This document shows positions 37,755-48,288 of a stretch of 64,000 nt of DNA, piece after piece. A model generated the notes under the pieces. It was not told where the DNA came from, did no database searches, and saw only the letters and a list, made by a program, of their open reading frames with translations. The DNA is from an uncultured Bacillota bacterium (GTDB lineage: Bacteria; Sysuimicrobiota; Sysuimicrobiia; Sysuimicrobiales; Segetimicrobiaceae). Positions within the stretch are counted from its first letter, which is position 1; each line of letters opens with the position of its first letter. The position numbers and the translations under genes were made by a program. Where the stretch lies: assembly GCA_963804645.1 (NCBI GenBank), contig CAWDRG010000005.1:64001-128000 (forward strand), given 5' to 3'.

Positions 37755-39302
37755 TCAGCCGACCGCCGGAGTCACGGCACGCTTCCAGAGACGCGGCACC
37801 AGCCAGACGACCCCCAAGAAGAACGTTCCTGCGGCGGCGATCTGAAGCATCTGCCATCCGAAAAAGTCGAGTCCGAAACTCAGCAACAGAGAGTACGTGG
37901 CGTACAGGCAGAGAAACCTCGCAAACATCCCGGTCACTCCCGACAGCCGGCCGGCGACGCCGTACAGCGCCGCGAGCCCACCCATCACGACCGCCGACGC
38001 GACCAGCCCTCCGACGCCTCCGAACAGCACGTAAAACTCGCCCCACAGCGTCCAGATGTAGGTCGTGTACCACGCGCCGCTGATGTACAGCTCCTCACGC
38101 TGGTGTCCGAACACCACCGCGTACTCCTGGGCCATCCACGCGATCGGGAATGGATGCCAGGGGAGCAGATGCGACACCAGGGATTTCCCTTCGTTGAAGA
38201 GATTCACGTGCGCACGCGTGTCACGGCCCTTGTCGTTCACGACGTTGACGAGGGGGTCGATCCCCTCCAGGCGGTTGAAAAACGGGACGATGTTCAGGTA
38301 CGAAGCCGGCGGTACCGCGTCAAGATCCCGGTACGTGTCATAGAGGGTCAGCTGCTGGTTCCGCGTCGCTTCCCAATGCTGTCTGATCGCTTTCGCGCCG
38401 TTGAAGCTCAACACCCCAATCACCATCAGGGGAAGCACGAGCGCGATCATCGCTCGGCTGATCCGGTGTTCGCGGTCCTGCGCCAACCACGCAAAGAACC
38501 AGAACACCACGATCAAGAACACCGCCGCCTTGCTGCTGATGACGATACGGGTCGCAGCGTATCCGACGATTGCGACCAACGCCAGCGTGCGCACACCCCG
38601 TCCGAGCGACCGCCACTGCGCCACGGCGAGGACCAACAGCACCATCAGCCCGGTGTCGATATCGAGCACGGTGTAGTAGAACTTCCAGAAGTGGGACAGG
38701 TGCCGCGCGACCTCGCTGTGTCGATCCATCCCGATGTAGAGGTGTTCGTACACGCGATTCAGTTCGATCACGATCAAGAGCAGGCTCGCTGCCACGACCG
38801 AGAGCACCGGCCGCACGTCGATTCCCAACCGGCCGTCGCGCGCCGGGCCGCTCCACCGGTGCGCGATTCGCGCGCCCACGATGATCCCGCAACCCGAGCA
38901 GACGATTCCCGCCAACGCGTACTCGAGCGCGTGGTGCATGTCCCCACTCGTCGCCGGCGCGAGGAACTGGTCGTACAGGCCCCGGGGATCGATGATCAGC
39001 GCCATGGTGCGGAGCGGGAAAAACAAGAAGGCAAACAGGACAAACACCAGCATCACGGGGTGCCGCCGCTCCGCAACCGCGGTCGTAAGCAGCAGGAGCA
39101 CCAGCAACTGCCCAGCCACCAGAAGGATCGACGCGGTGTCGATCAGTCGGTTCTCGCCGAACACCGCAAACAGCACCGGTAGCGCGACGAGGCCGAGCGC
39201 CACAAGACCCGCGAGCAGCGCCTCCGGGGGCACGCCGCGGCCCGCGGCGCGCTGGCCCTCCCAGGCATGTCCGCCTGACGCCGCCCCGGCGGCGCTCGTC
39301 AC
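37755..39302 (-). CDS. Polytopic membrane protein, putative Wzy-type polymerase
   Basis: About 11-12 TM segments, SSKAA, FNRL, TLWGEFYVLFG. GTG at 39302 overlaps the GT2 stop. Confidence 0.7.
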   Translation of the reverse strand: MTSAAGAASGGHAWEGQRAAGRGVPPEALLAGLVALGLVALPVLFAVFGENRLIDTASILLVAGQLLVLLLLTTAVAERRHPVMLVFVLFAFLFFPLRTMALIIDPRGLYDQFLAPATSGDMHHALEYALAGIVCSGCGIIVGARIAHRWSGPARDGRLGIDVRPVLSVVAASLLLIVIELNRVYEHLYIGMDRHSEVARHLSHFWKFYYTVLDIDTGLMVLLVLAVAQWRSLGRGVRTLALVAIVGYAATRIVISSKAAVFLIVVFWFFAWLAQDREHRISRAMIALVLPLMVIGVLSFNGAKAIRQHWEATRNQQLTLYDTYRDLDAVPPASYLNIVPFFNRLEGIDPLVNVVNDKGRDTRAHVNLFNEGKSLVSHLLPWHPFPIAWMAQEYAVVFGHQREELYISGAWYTTYIWTLWGEFYVLFGGVGGLVASAVVMGGLAALYGVAGRLSGVTGMFARFLCLYATYSLLLSFGLDFFGWQMLQIAAAGTFFLGVVWLVPRLWKRAVTPAVG

Positions 39303-40246
39303 GCAGCCCTCCCCGGGCGCAGCCGGCGGTATCGCATATACACGGGCGACAGCCAGTTGAACGCTCCCGTGCCAAGGTAGCTCAAGGCGTACGCGGCGGC
39401 CATCCGGGGAGACCGCGACGCGTATGGTCTGAGGAGTTCCCGGCACCGGTCGGGGTGGCCAGCCTTCCACTCGGCCAGGGCACCCTGCCACGCAATCTTC
39501 TTTGTAAACGCGCGCACTTCTTCGACGTACTCGACGTCCAGTTCGGGGTACCGCGCCCGAAGCTTCTCAAGCAGCAGGGTGTTCTCCACGCTGAACAGAT
39601 CGTAGTGGGTGTGCGTCCAGCTCTGTTCGTGTACGCGCCACTTGGCCAGCGGCTCGTCGATGCAGTCAATCTCATAGTCATGGGCGAGACGGAGAAATAG
39701 ATCCTTCTCCTCAACCACGTTGAACCGTTCGTCGAACCATTCCGGCAGGCTCTCGAGCGCCTCCCGACGCACGACGACGGTCTCGAGCGAGAGGAAGTAA
39801 TCGCCCAGCAGCTCGCGGAATGCCATGCCCCGCGGCGGCTTGTGGCGCCCGTACACCGGACCCATTTCACGCTTCGCGTCGAAAAAGATCGTGTCGCAGT
39901 AGACGAACCCAAGCCGGGGCGAGCGGTCGAACACCGCCACCTGCTTCTCGAGCTTGCGCGGAAACCAGAGATCGTCGCTGTCCAAAAACGCGAGGTAACG
40001 ACCGCGGGCCTGCTGGATCGCGAGGTTCCTCGCCTTGCCGAGCGGGTGGGTCTCCCCGCTTCTGAAATATCGGACTCGATCTCCGTAACTCTTCGCAATC
40101 GTACCGGTCGCGTCGGTGGATGCGTTGTCCCAGAACACAACCTCCCAGTCCGTGTACGTCTGCGCGAGAACGCTGTCGAGTGCCTCGCGCAGGTAGGCTT
40201 CCCCGTTAAGGCAGTTCACGATCACGCTGACCTCAGGCGTGGGCAT
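39299..40246 (-). CDS. Glycosyltransferase family 2
   Basis: VSVIVNCLNGE, DNASTD, ARN, FLDSDDLW, EE.DL. Confidence 0.93.
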   Translation of the reverse strand: MPTPEVSVIVNCLNGEAYLREALDSVLAQTYTDWEVVFWDNASTDATGTIAKSYGDRVRYFRSGETHPLGKARNLAIQQARGRYLAFLDSDDLWFPRKLEKQVAVFDRSPRLGFVYCDTIFFDAKREMGPVYGRHKPPRGMAFRELLGDYFLSLETVVVRREALESLPEWFDERFNVVEEKDLFLRLAHDYEIDCIDEPLAKWRVHEQSWTHTHYDLFSVENTLLLEKLRARYPELDVEYVEEVRAFTKKIAWQGALAEWKAGHPDRCRELLRPYASRSPRMAAAYALSYLGTGAFNWLSPVYMRYRRLRPGRAA

Positions 40247-41372
40247 CCCGCCTCTCGGAGGCGCCCATGAACGACCGAATGATGTCGATGATGAGTGCGA
40301 CATCCTGATCGGCCAGCGCGCAGTGCAGCGGCAGCGTCAGCATCTCTCCGTAGACGGCCTCCGTCACCGGCAGCACCAACCCAGGCTCGCGGAAATACGG
40401 CTGCAGGTGATTCGGTACGTAGTTCACGCTGGTCTCGATGTCACGATCCTTCAACGCCTGCATGAGGGCGTCGCGCCGGCCGTCCAGCACGCGGATCACG
40501 TAAATGTGGGGAGCAGCATGCCGGTAATCGATCGTCAACGTCCGGATGCTGGGCACGTCGGCGAACGCCCGGTCGTAGCGCCGGCAGATCTCGCGGCGCC
40601 TCGCGATGAACGCGTCGACTTTCGTGAGCTGCGCAAGCCCGATCGCGGCGTTGATGTTGCTCATGTGGTACCTGAACCCGAGCTCCGAGACTTCGTACCG
40701 CCACCCGCGGCCCTTCCAGCCAGGCTCCGTCGGAGCCGGACGAACCATGGCGAGCGATCGCTTGCGGCGCATCCGGTCGGCCAGGGTCGGGTCGACGCAC
40801 ACCACTGCCCCGCCCTCCCCGCACGTGATGTTTTTGATCGAATCGAAACTGAAGCACGCGACATCACCGAAGCTCCCAATCTTCCGGCCGCGGTACACCG
40901 AACCGAACGCGTGCGCCGCGTCCTCAACAACCCGAATCCCAGCCCGTGTCGCGAACTCCATGATGCGATCCATGTCGCACGGATTCCCCGCGTAGTGGAC
41001 CGGCATCACCGCTTTGGTCCGGGACGTGAGCCGCCGCTCCACGTCTTCCAGATCGATCGCCAGCGTCTCGGGCACCACGTCGCAGGCGACCGGCGTGGCG
41101 CCGGTCGCCTTGACGGCCTGAAACGACGAGACAAACGTGAGCGACGGAAGCACAACTTCGTCGCCGGGACCCAGCCCGAGCGTGGCCAGTGCGAGGTGCA
41201 GCGCGGCGGTGCCGTTGCCGACGCAGACGACATGCTCTGCACCGAGAAACTCGCGAAGGCGGTCTTCGAATTCATTCACCTTCTCCGCGTGGCCGTAGTA
41301 GCCCCGGTCCAGGGCGGCCTTGACGGCCTCGTACTCCCCGTCTCCGACGACCGGCTGCGACACGCGGATCAT
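40233..41372 (-). CDS. DegT/DnrJ/EryC1/StrS sugar aminotransferase
   Basis: NGTAALHLAL, VHYAG, EDAAHAFG, FSFDSIKNITCGEGG, GFRYHM. Confidence 0.93.
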   Translation of the reverse strand: MIRVSQPVVGDGEYEAVKAALDRGYYGHAEKVNEFEDRLREFLGAEHVVCVGNGTAALHLALATLGLGPGDEVVLPSLTFVSSFQAVKATGATPVACDVVPETLAIDLEDVERRLTSRTKAVMPVHYAGNPCDMDRIMEFATRAGIRVVEDAAHAFGSVYRGRKIGSFGDVACFSFDSIKNITCGEGGAVVCVDPTLADRMRRKRSLAMVRPAPTEPGWKGRGWRYEVSELGFRYHMSNINAAIGLAQLTKVDAFIARRREICRRYDRAFADVPSIRTLTIDYRHAAPHIYVIRVLDGRRDALMQALKDRDIETSVNYVPNHLQPYFREPGLVLPVTEAVYGEMLTLPLHCALADQDVALIIDIIRSFMGASERRDAHA

Positions 41373-43213
41373 GCGCTCGCGCCGACGCCTGTCATGGGCA
41401 GAAATACCTCCATATAGACCTCCGTGGGTGGGGCAAAAAAGCTCGACAACTCCATCGCGTCCGCGGGCGGAGTTCCCTTCGCGGACAGGACCTCAACCAA
41501 CCGGCGGGCAAGCGCATCCGGTGAGGACACCGCGGGCTCGAACTCCTCGAACCACGCCAGCGGATCCATGTCGAGCTGAGACTCGGGAGAGATCCGAACG
41601 ACGCGCTTGCCGGCCAGGGCCGCCTCGAGCACGGCTCCGGACGCCGCGCATACCACCACGTCGCTCTCCGCGAGCGCCTCCTCCATCGTACCGTCGACGA
41701 CACGCACGCGCGCACCGAGAGCCGCGACCACCCCGTCCGCGAGTTCACGGGCAAACGGATGCGGCTTCACGATGACCGCGGCGTTGGAGATGACCGCGAG
41801 CGCTGCGACAAACTTGTCAATCACCTCCGCCGTGCCGTCCCGCTTCGTCGTCAACACCAGGAGGACCCGGGGCGCGCCGCCGACGGACGACGGCGCACGG
41901 AACGACGGCACGGCTCCGCCGCGGTGAAGATAAGCATACCGCAGTGCCGCCCCCACGACAACCCGCTCGGGCGCGTACCCTTCGCGCACCAGGATGTCCC
42001 GGTACCGCACACCGTTGCAGACGATGCGATCTGGGAGCGGTGCAATGTCCCGCTCGTGGCGATCCGTATACCACGGCAGCACGTTGCGCTTCAGCGGGTT
42101 GTGGCAGAATCCGTATACCAGGGTGCGGGGCATGAAGCGGCGGACCCCGAGGATGGTAAGTTTGTCCGACACCATGTTCTCGAACGGCAGCACCATGAGC
42201 CGCGGGTGGATGCCGTCGCCCGCAAGACGCCGCATCAGCGGATAGTGCAGCGTGGACATCACCGACAGGGACTCGGTGCGGTTTGAAGCATCGAACAGCC
42301 GCGAGACATCGAGGCCGTGCAGCGTCGCCCCACGGAAGCGAAACGTTCGCTGCCGCGCCCACATGAGCGCGGGAAACGTCAGATCCCACAGGCGGAGATG
42401 CTCTTCGAGCACGATGCAGTCGGGAGACCGCCGCAGGCGCCGGATCATGGCCAAAAAGACTCGGAAGGGCTCAGCGATTGTGAGCACGGTCACGCACGAG
42501 AGCCGCTTCGACGCGTAGAGGGACGGGAGCAACGGCAGGTACCGGTCGTGGACGGATCCGGCCTGGTCGATACTCCCCTGGTCCACTCGCGTGCTCAACA
42601 GCACATCCGGGGTCGCGCTGCGCCGCGCTCCGCGGCCCCGCACGGCGACGACGGCGAGCCACCGAGCCAGGAGGGACGCACTCTTCCAGACCAGCGTCGC
42701 AAGGGGCCACAGCGACGAGTCGTGCAGACGCGGCCGGTGCCGTCCGGCGGTTCGGACTCGGTAGTTCCGTGCCCGGGCGAGATCGATGATCAAGGACCGC
42801 AGCGCCGGCGCATCACACACGATGCACACGCTGCGCCGCTCGTCCAGATACTGCCGCGCAAGCCACAGGTAGCAGCAATGGAGAAACAGATCGCTCCCGT
42901 TCGTGTTGCGCTCGGCGATGCCGCTCGCCCACCATGCCAGCGAGTCGTAGCGCCTGCCGAACATCGCCGTGAGTTCGAGAAAGGGCCGCCGCAGATCGTC
43001 TGCGGCGGCCCGCAGATCGGCATCGATGCGACGACGCACGGCGACTCCGTCCACTTCCGCCTCCAGGCGCACGAGGGTCCCGTACTCGGGGATCAGCGCG
43101 ATGACCTCGGCGATCCCGGCCCCATGCAGGACGGCCCGAAGATCCCGCGCCCCGGACGTCGCGAGGACTAGCGTCGGCGGGTCATCGTGGCTCTTCGCCG
43201 ACATCCCCGTCAT
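41369..43213 (-). CDS. Surface-carbohydrate biosynthesis protein, putative GT-B ulosonate transferase
   Basis: C-terminal GT-B-like pattern FEN, GFCH, PDRIV..G, GAALRY, VKPHP, SGAVLEA. Confidence 0.6.
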   Translation of the reverse strand: MTGMSAKSHDDPPTLVLATSGARDLRAVLHGAGIAEVIALIPEYGTLVRLEAEVDGVAVRRRIDADLRAAADDLRRPFLELTAMFGRRYDSLAWWASGIAERNTNGSDLFLHCCYLWLARQYLDERRSVCIVCDAPALRSLIIDLARARNYRVRTAGRHRPRLHDSSLWPLATLVWKSASLLARWLAVVAVRGRGARRSATPDVLLSTRVDQGSIDQAGSVHDRYLPLLPSLYASKRLSCVTVLTIAEPFRVFLAMIRRLRRSPDCIVLEEHLRLWDLTFPALMWARQRTFRFRGATLHGLDVSRLFDASNRTESLSVMSTLHYPLMRRLAGDGIHPRLMVLPFENMVSDKLTILGVRRFMPRTLVYGFCHNPLKRNVLPWYTDRHERDIAPLPDRIVCNGVRYRDILVREGYAPERVVVGAALRYAYLHRGGAVPSFRAPSSVGGAPRVLLVLTTKRDGTAEVIDKFVAALAVISNAAVIVKPHPFARELADGVVAALGARVRVVDGTMEEALAESDVVVCAASGAVLEAALAGKRVVRISPESQLDMDPLAWFEEFEPAVSSPDALARRLVEVLSAKGTPPADAMELSSFFAPPTEVYMEVFLPMTGVGASA

Positions 43214-43259
43214 CCGCGGCGCACACGCACCGCGGCATGCCCCGACGGCGCCGTGCGCG

Positions 43260-44051
43260 TCACACGCGGCTCCAGATCACGGCGAGCTTCGGCGGCCGCA
43301 AGGGCAGCATCCCCGCAGCCGACGGCCGGAGTGTCTCGGTCACCCGAAACTCATCGTCGAACGTGACAAGCGTCTCGGGTCGTAGGCCCGCCCGGAGCCC
43401 AGGGCGCAGGTGCTCCCGCGTCGTACGCTTCCATCCCAATCGCACGACGCGGTGCGCGCGCACGTCCCCGCGTGCCTGAATCAGCGCGCGCTTGGCCAGC
43501 CCCCTGAAGATCCCCCCGAACGACAGGTTCGCCACGGTGATCATCACAGCGGCGCCGCCGGGCGCCAGCAGCCGCGCGGTCTCGTGCAGCAGGTCCTCGT
43601 AGCCCCGCCGGTCGTAGACGTGCTCGATCGCCGAGAGTACGACGACATCGAACGTACCAGGAGGCGCATCGACGTGTCGGGCGTCCCCGATGTACACCGG
43701 CGCCTCCGGATGCGCCTCGCGGAACGGCCCCAGCGAAGAAGCTTGGCACTCCTGCACCGAAACCCGGTAGCCGTGCTCAAGCCACACCTGCTCCATCGTC
43801 CCCAGCCCCGCACCCAGCGAGAGCACGGTGCCTCCGGGCGCACCGGCACCTGGTCGGGATCGCAGCACCGCAGTCTCGATCCACGCTGCAAGATTCAACC
43901 GCGCACACACCCACGCGGGGTCGAGGGAAATCCCCCCGGCGAGAAGCCGATCGTAGAACGCGCCGTAGAATGCCGCGGCCCCGTCGGGGACAGCGGGAAT
44001 GCCATCAAAAGGAATCCCGTGCCACTCGCCCTCGAAGCTCTCGATCTCCAT
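43260..44051 (-). CDS. Class I SAM-dependent methyltransferase
   Basis: VLSLGAGLG.ME, GDA, FDVV, RLLAPGG. Confidence 0.85.
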   Translation of the reverse strand: MEIESFEGEWHGIPFDGIPAVPDGAAAFYGAFYDRLLAGGISLDPAWVCARLNLAAWIETAVLRSRPGAGAPGGTVLSLGAGLGTMEQVWLEHGYRVSVQECQASSLGPFREAHPEAPVYIGDARHVDAPPGTFDVVVLSAIEHVYDRRGYEDLLHETARLLAPGGAAVMITVANLSFGGIFRGLAKRALIQARGDVRAHRVVRLGWKRTTREHLRPGLRAGLRPETLVTFDDEFRVTETLRPSAAGMLPLRPPKLAVIWSRV

Positions 44052-44093
44052 GCCCGCCCACCGCCGACTCCGGACGCCTCGGCCCGCCGCCGT

Positions 44094-44963
44094 TCAGACC
44101 GGCATCGTGCGCTTGGTGTGCAACCGTCCGATCTCGGCCGCCTTCGGGTCATACGCGCGGCAGAATTTCAGCCCGCGGTCGATCTGCGCCTTGATGTCCT
44201 CCGGGGTCACAATCGTCAGAAACGAGATTCCGGCGTCCGCGCACGCCTTCCAGACGCGGTCGAGATCAGCCTGCAGGTCGGGAGGCAGGGGCACCGGCCG
44301 CTTTCGGTATCCCTGCTCCATCGACTGGTCGCCGGCCCCCCACTCGCCAAACGCGATCCCGGGCACCCGCGCGCTCACTTCACAGTTCACGAGCGCGCGC
44401 GCATTCTCCATCTTGATTCCCAGCAGGAGCTCCCCGTTCGGGTTGAGCGGCCACACGTCGGCCTTCTCCATATACTCGTCCTCGGAGATGCCCCACACCT
44501 TCGAGGCCATCCCCTGCCCCCCATGGCCCCGCCGGCCCTTGCCGAGTCCGCGGCCGACCCCGAGCGATTGAAATACGTATCGCGCTGATTCCACGTAGGC
44601 GCGGACCGCCCCCGGCGTCTCCGCGTGACAGAGGATCAATCCATGAACGCCCTGGGCGAGCGCCTGTTTGATCATCCACGCGTTGCTGTACACGACGTAC
44701 TCATCGATGCCGTCGAACGGCAATTCCGCGATCACCGCGGGGGTGCGGTGGCCGCTGCGCGTCGGCCCGCCGTCGATCAGTCCCTGCATGAATGTCCCGA
44801 GTGCGGTCATGTCGAACGGTCCGTGCTCGGAGTCAATGCGGATGTAGTCCGCCCACGTCTTGGCCATGGCAACGCCGCTCTCGTGGGTCAGCACGTGCGT
44901 ACTTGTGTAGTAGACCGGCTGCCCCCGCTCCAGCAGCTCGATCGCCCGGTTTACCCGCGCCAT
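44094..44963 (-). CDS. HpcH/HpaI class II pyruvate aldolase family protein
   Basis: IDSEHGP, IKQALAQGVHG, GIKMEN, WGAGDQSM (metal-ligand E and D positions). GGAGGT RBS. Confidence 0.8.
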   Translation of the reverse strand: MARVNRAIELLERGQPVYYTSTHVLTHESGVAMAKTWADYIRIDSEHGPFDMTALGTFMQGLIDGGPTRSGHRTPAVIAELPFDGIDEYVVYSNAWMIKQALAQGVHGLILCHAETPGAVRAYVESARYVFQSLGVGRGLGKGRRGHGGQGMASKVWGISEDEYMEKADVWPLNPNGELLLGIKMENARALVNCEVSARVPGIAFGEWGAGDQSMEQGYRKRPVPLPPDLQADLDRVWKACADAGISFLTIVTPEDIKAQIDRGLKFCRAYDPKAAEIGRLHTKRTMPV

Positions 44964-44982
44964 TGATTGAACCTCCCGAGTC

Positions 44983-46194
44983 TCAGGACGGTCGACGCCC
45001 GTTCCGCGATGCCGATGCCGCCCGCCGCGCGATTCCTGGGGCGGCTCTCACGACGGCGCGCTCCAGTCGATCGCGGATGATCGCGGCGGACAACTCGCCC
45101 GGCCGGACCCTGCCGTCGCAGGCGATGACCTCGTCGTAGAACGGCGCCCGGAAGCCGGGTTCCACGGTCCCGACCACGGCCACCACGCGGCGCCCCAAGC
45201 GCTTGGCGACCGCCCCCGCGTGAGCCGGCCCCTTCGACAGCAGGGTCGTGCGGTCGAGACGGCCTTCCCCGATGATTACGACGTCGTGACGTTTGATCCA
45301 TGCCGCGAGGCCGATCTCCCGCTCAACCAGCTCGGCGCCGTGCACCAGCGTCGCCCCCAGAAATCCCAACAGCCCCGCACCCAACCCGCCCGCCGCCCCG
45401 GCCAGCGGAACGTCGACGCGGCGACCGGTCTGTCGGCGTAACACCCGCGCGAGGTTGGCAAATCCCGCGTCGAGGTAGGCGATCTCCGAGACGCTGGCAC
45501 CCTTCTGCGGCCCGAATGAGCGCGCCTGCCCCCGCGGGCCCAGGAGCGGGATATCCGCATCCGACGCGACGACGATCTCCGGGACGCCCTGGGACACCTT
45601 GAGGCGATCCAGGCGCACCCCGGCGATGTCGACCAAACTCAGCGCGTTGAACCCGGGAGTCCCGATGGGGCGCAGTACGGCACCGCGCCGGTCAAGGAAC
45701 TCAACGCCCAGGGCCTGCGCCATGCCGATCCCCATGTCGCTGACGATGGACCCGCCCAGCCCGACGATGACGCGGCGGTACCCGCGGGCGACCGCGGCGA
45801 GAATGAGCTCGCCCACGCCGTAGGACGTCGCCACCATCGTCTGCCGTTCGTGGGGGCGCAGGAGCCTCCACCCGGCCGCCTCGGAGATCTCGATGACGGC
45901 AGCCGCCGGCGTGCCGTCGAGCAGCCCGAGGCGCGCACGCCGCGGGCGAAACAGCGGATCGTGCGCGGACACCTCCACCACGCGTCCGCCCCGCGCGGAC
46001 ACCAGGACCTCGATCGTCCCATCGCCGCCGTCGGCCATGGGTGCGATTTCGATCGCGAACCGCTCGCTGCCGCGGCGGAGCCCGCGTGCGATGCTTCTGG
46101 ACGCCTCGCCCGGCGAGAGGTACCCTTTGTGGCCGCAGCTCGCGATCAGCGCGCGCACGCTGCCCCCGGGCGTGCGCGCAGCCCCTACCGGCAT
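44983..46194 (-). CDS. Glycerate kinase (GarK/GlxK family), divergent
   Basis: PMADGGDGT, TSYGVGELI, GLGGS, FGPQKGA, GAAGGLG, GEGRLD. N-terminal SCGHKG replaces PDSFKG. Confidence 0.88.
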   Translation of the reverse strand: MPVGAARTPGGSVRALIASCGHKGYLSPGEASRSIARGLRRGSERFAIEIAPMADGGDGTIEVLVSARGGRVVEVSAHDPLFRPRRARLGLLDGTPAAAVIEISEAAGWRLLRPHERQTMVATSYGVGELILAAVARGYRRVIVGLGGSIVSDMGIGMAQALGVEFLDRRGAVLRPIGTPGFNALSLVDIAGVRLDRLKVSQGVPEIVVASDADIPLLGPRGQARSFGPQKGASVSEIAYLDAGFANLARVLRRQTGRRVDVPLAGAAGGLGAGLLGFLGATLVHGAELVEREIGLAAWIKRHDVVIIGEGRLDRTTLLSKGPAHAGAVAKRLGRRVVAVVGTVEPGFRAPFYDEVIACDGRVRPGELSAAIIRDRLERAVVRAAPGIARRAASASRNGRRPS

Positions 46195-46230
46195 GGCGAA
46201 CCCCCGCGTCGCGGCGCAGCACGCAAGCCG

Positions 46231-47295
46231 TTACTCCGCATCGAGCCGGGCCAGACGCGAGACGATATCTACCACGCGGGACCCGTACCCCCATTCGTTG
46301 TCGTACCACAGCACGAGCTTGAGCTGCGCGTCTCCGTGCACCATCGTCCACCGGTGGTCGACCACCGCGGAGTGCTCAACCCCGGCAAAATCGACGGACA
46401 CCAGCGCCTGGTAGTTGTTCGCGATGACGGGGTACGCCTGCGTACGCTCCGCCGCCTCGAACACGCCGATCACGTCGTCTCGGGACGCGTCCCGAGACAG
46501 TTTCACCGTGAGATCGGCGGACGACACGATCGTGGTCGGCACCCGATACGACAGCGACACAAACTTGCGGTCGATGCCGGGCAGCACCTTGGCCGACGCC
46601 CGCAGGCATGAGGTCGTCTTTGGGATCAGCGACAGCGTGCTCGCGCGCCCCAGCGCATAAGCGGAGTGGATGCTGCCGGGGTCCGAAAACGAAAACGACG
46701 GGCCGTCCAGCAGCCGCTGGTAGCTGAGCCACGGGTGCAGAGTGGTCAGGGAGCCGTACTCGATCCCGAAGTGACGTTCCAACAGCAGCGCCACAGGCGC
46801 GAATGCCGCCGCATCGCAGATGCTGGCCGAGAGCACGAAATCGCCGCGCCGGATGTCGGTCTCGTTCACCCCGAAGATGACAAACCGGTCGACGAACTGT
46901 TCGTCTGGCGCGTTGGTCACGACGCAGTGCCGCACGCCCTGATCAGCCAGCCGGCGCAGCGCGGGCAGGTTGTGCTCGATCCCGGACGCGTCGATCACCA
47001 GATCGACGGCGTCGGCCTTCCACGGCACCGCGTCAATCTCGTGGTGTCGTGATACGCGGATCGAAGGCGCGCGCTCGACCGCGAGCGTATCGGGCCCTTC
47101 TACCCGTACGTCGCGCGCGAGCCGCCCGTATGTCGAGTCGTACTTCAACAGGTAGGCGACGTTGCCGAGATCCGGGTTGATGTCATTGACGGCCACCAGA
47201 TCGAACACGTCCCGCTCGAGGTTGATCCGGGCGATCGCGCGTCCGATCCGGCCGAACCCGTTAATGCCGATGCGCATCCGCATGCCGGCGGCCAC
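46231..47295 (-). CDS. GAPDH/erythrose-4-phosphate dehydrogenase family protein, divergent
   Basis: GINGFGRIGR, YLLKYDSTYG, SASICD (Cys), TTLH, RVPT, WYDNEWGY. The start may be 47283 or 47277. Confidence 0.92.
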   Translation of the reverse strand: MAAGMRMRIGINGFGRIGRAIARINLERDVFDLVAVNDINPDLGNVAYLLKYDSTYGRLARDVRVEGPDTLAVERAPSIRVSRHHEIDAVPWKADAVDLVIDASGIEHNLPALRRLADQGVRHCVVTNAPDEQFVDRFVIFGVNETDIRRGDFVLSASICDAAAFAPVALLLERHFGIEYGSLTTLHPWLSYQRLLDGPSFSFSDPGSIHSAYALGRASTLSLIPKTTSCLRASAKVLPGIDRKFVSLSYRVPTTIVSSADLTVKLSRDASRDDVIGVFEAAERTQAYPVIANNYQALVSVDFAGVEHSAVVDHRWTMVHGDAQLKLVLWYDNEWGYGSRVVDIVSRLARLDAE

Positions 47296-47298
47296 GGC

Positions 47299-48288
47299 CT
47301 ACTCACCACCCTCGGGCCCATAGTCGACCACCCCGTACAGGGGCGGCTCGCCGCGGGCGGCCCGCGCGACGTTCGCCGCCACGTGCTGCACCATCCGAAA
47401 CCGCGATTCGTGGCTCGGCCCGGCGTGCGGCGACAGCGCCACGTTGTCGAGCGCGAGCAGCGGAGAGTCCCGCCGAGGAGGCTCCGCCTCAAACACGTCG
47501 AGCCCGGCACCTCGCAACCGACGCTCGGTGAGCGCCTCGTACAGCGCCTCTTCGTCGACGATGCCTCCGCGCGCTGCATTGATCAAGACGGCCGTCGGTT
47601 TCATCCACCCGAGCGAGTCGCGGTTGATCATGTGCCGCGTCCGGGACGTCAGCGGAACATGGAGGGTCAGCACATCGGACGCCCGCACCAGGTGCTCGAA
47701 CGGGCACGCCTCAAGCGCGTGCGCCCGCACGAACTCGGGATCCGCCGGGCGAATGTCGTCGTACAGGACGCGCATCCCAAATGCGCTGGCGCGGACCGCG
47801 ACCGCACGCCCGACATGCCCGAGCCCCACGATCCCCATCGTCTTGTCGAGGAGTTCAATGTTCTCGTGCTTCCGATTGACCCACGATCCGTCGACGACGG
47901 TCGCATGATGAAACCGCTGGTGACGAAACAGTGTGAGTGCCAGCAAAAATACGTGCTCCGCCACAGAGACGGCGTTCGACCCCCCGTTGTTGGCGACGAT
48001 CACCCCGTGACGCGCCGCACGCGCAAGGTCGATCTGTTCGTACCCGGCAATCGGCAGCTGAAACAGTTTGAGACGAGGCGCGCGCCGGTATTGGTCGTCC
48101 GTCAGGTCGACGCGCGAGATAACGCAGTCCGCGCGAGCTAACAACTCGGAAAGATTGTCCGGAGGCGAGGTAAAATCCACCCGCAGCCACTCGCACCGCG
48201 GGTCACCCAATTCACGCAACTGATTCTTGAAGCTGTCATAGACATCGGCCGACGTCAGGACGACAAACGCGTCGTCACGCGCCGGCAT
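47299..48288 (-). CDS. D-isomer-specific 2-hydroxyacid dehydrogenase
   Basis: VAEH, GLGHVG, HVPLT, INAARG, LDVFEAEP, SPHAG (R-E-H triad). Confidence 0.93.
   Translation of the reverse strand: MPARDDAFVVLTSADVYDSFKNQLRELGDPRCEWLRVDFTSPPDNLSELLARADCVISRVDLTDDQYRRAPRLKLFQLPIAGYEQIDLARAARHGVIVANNGGSNAVSVAEHVFLLALTLFRHQRFHHATVVDGSWVNRKHENIELLDKTMGIVGLGHVGRAVAVRASAFGMRVLYDDIRPADPEFVRAHALEACPFEHLVRASDVLTLHVPLTSRTRHMINRDSLGWMKPTAVLINAARGGIVDEEALYEALTERRLRGAGLDVFEAEPPRRDSPLLALDNVALSPHAGPSHESRFRMVQHVAANVARAARGEPPLYGVVDYGPEGGE

Noticed and set aside
46231..47295. Housekeeping glycolytic gap gene
   Set aside because: No pgk or tpi neighbours, a divergent active-site loop, and a glycan-locus context.
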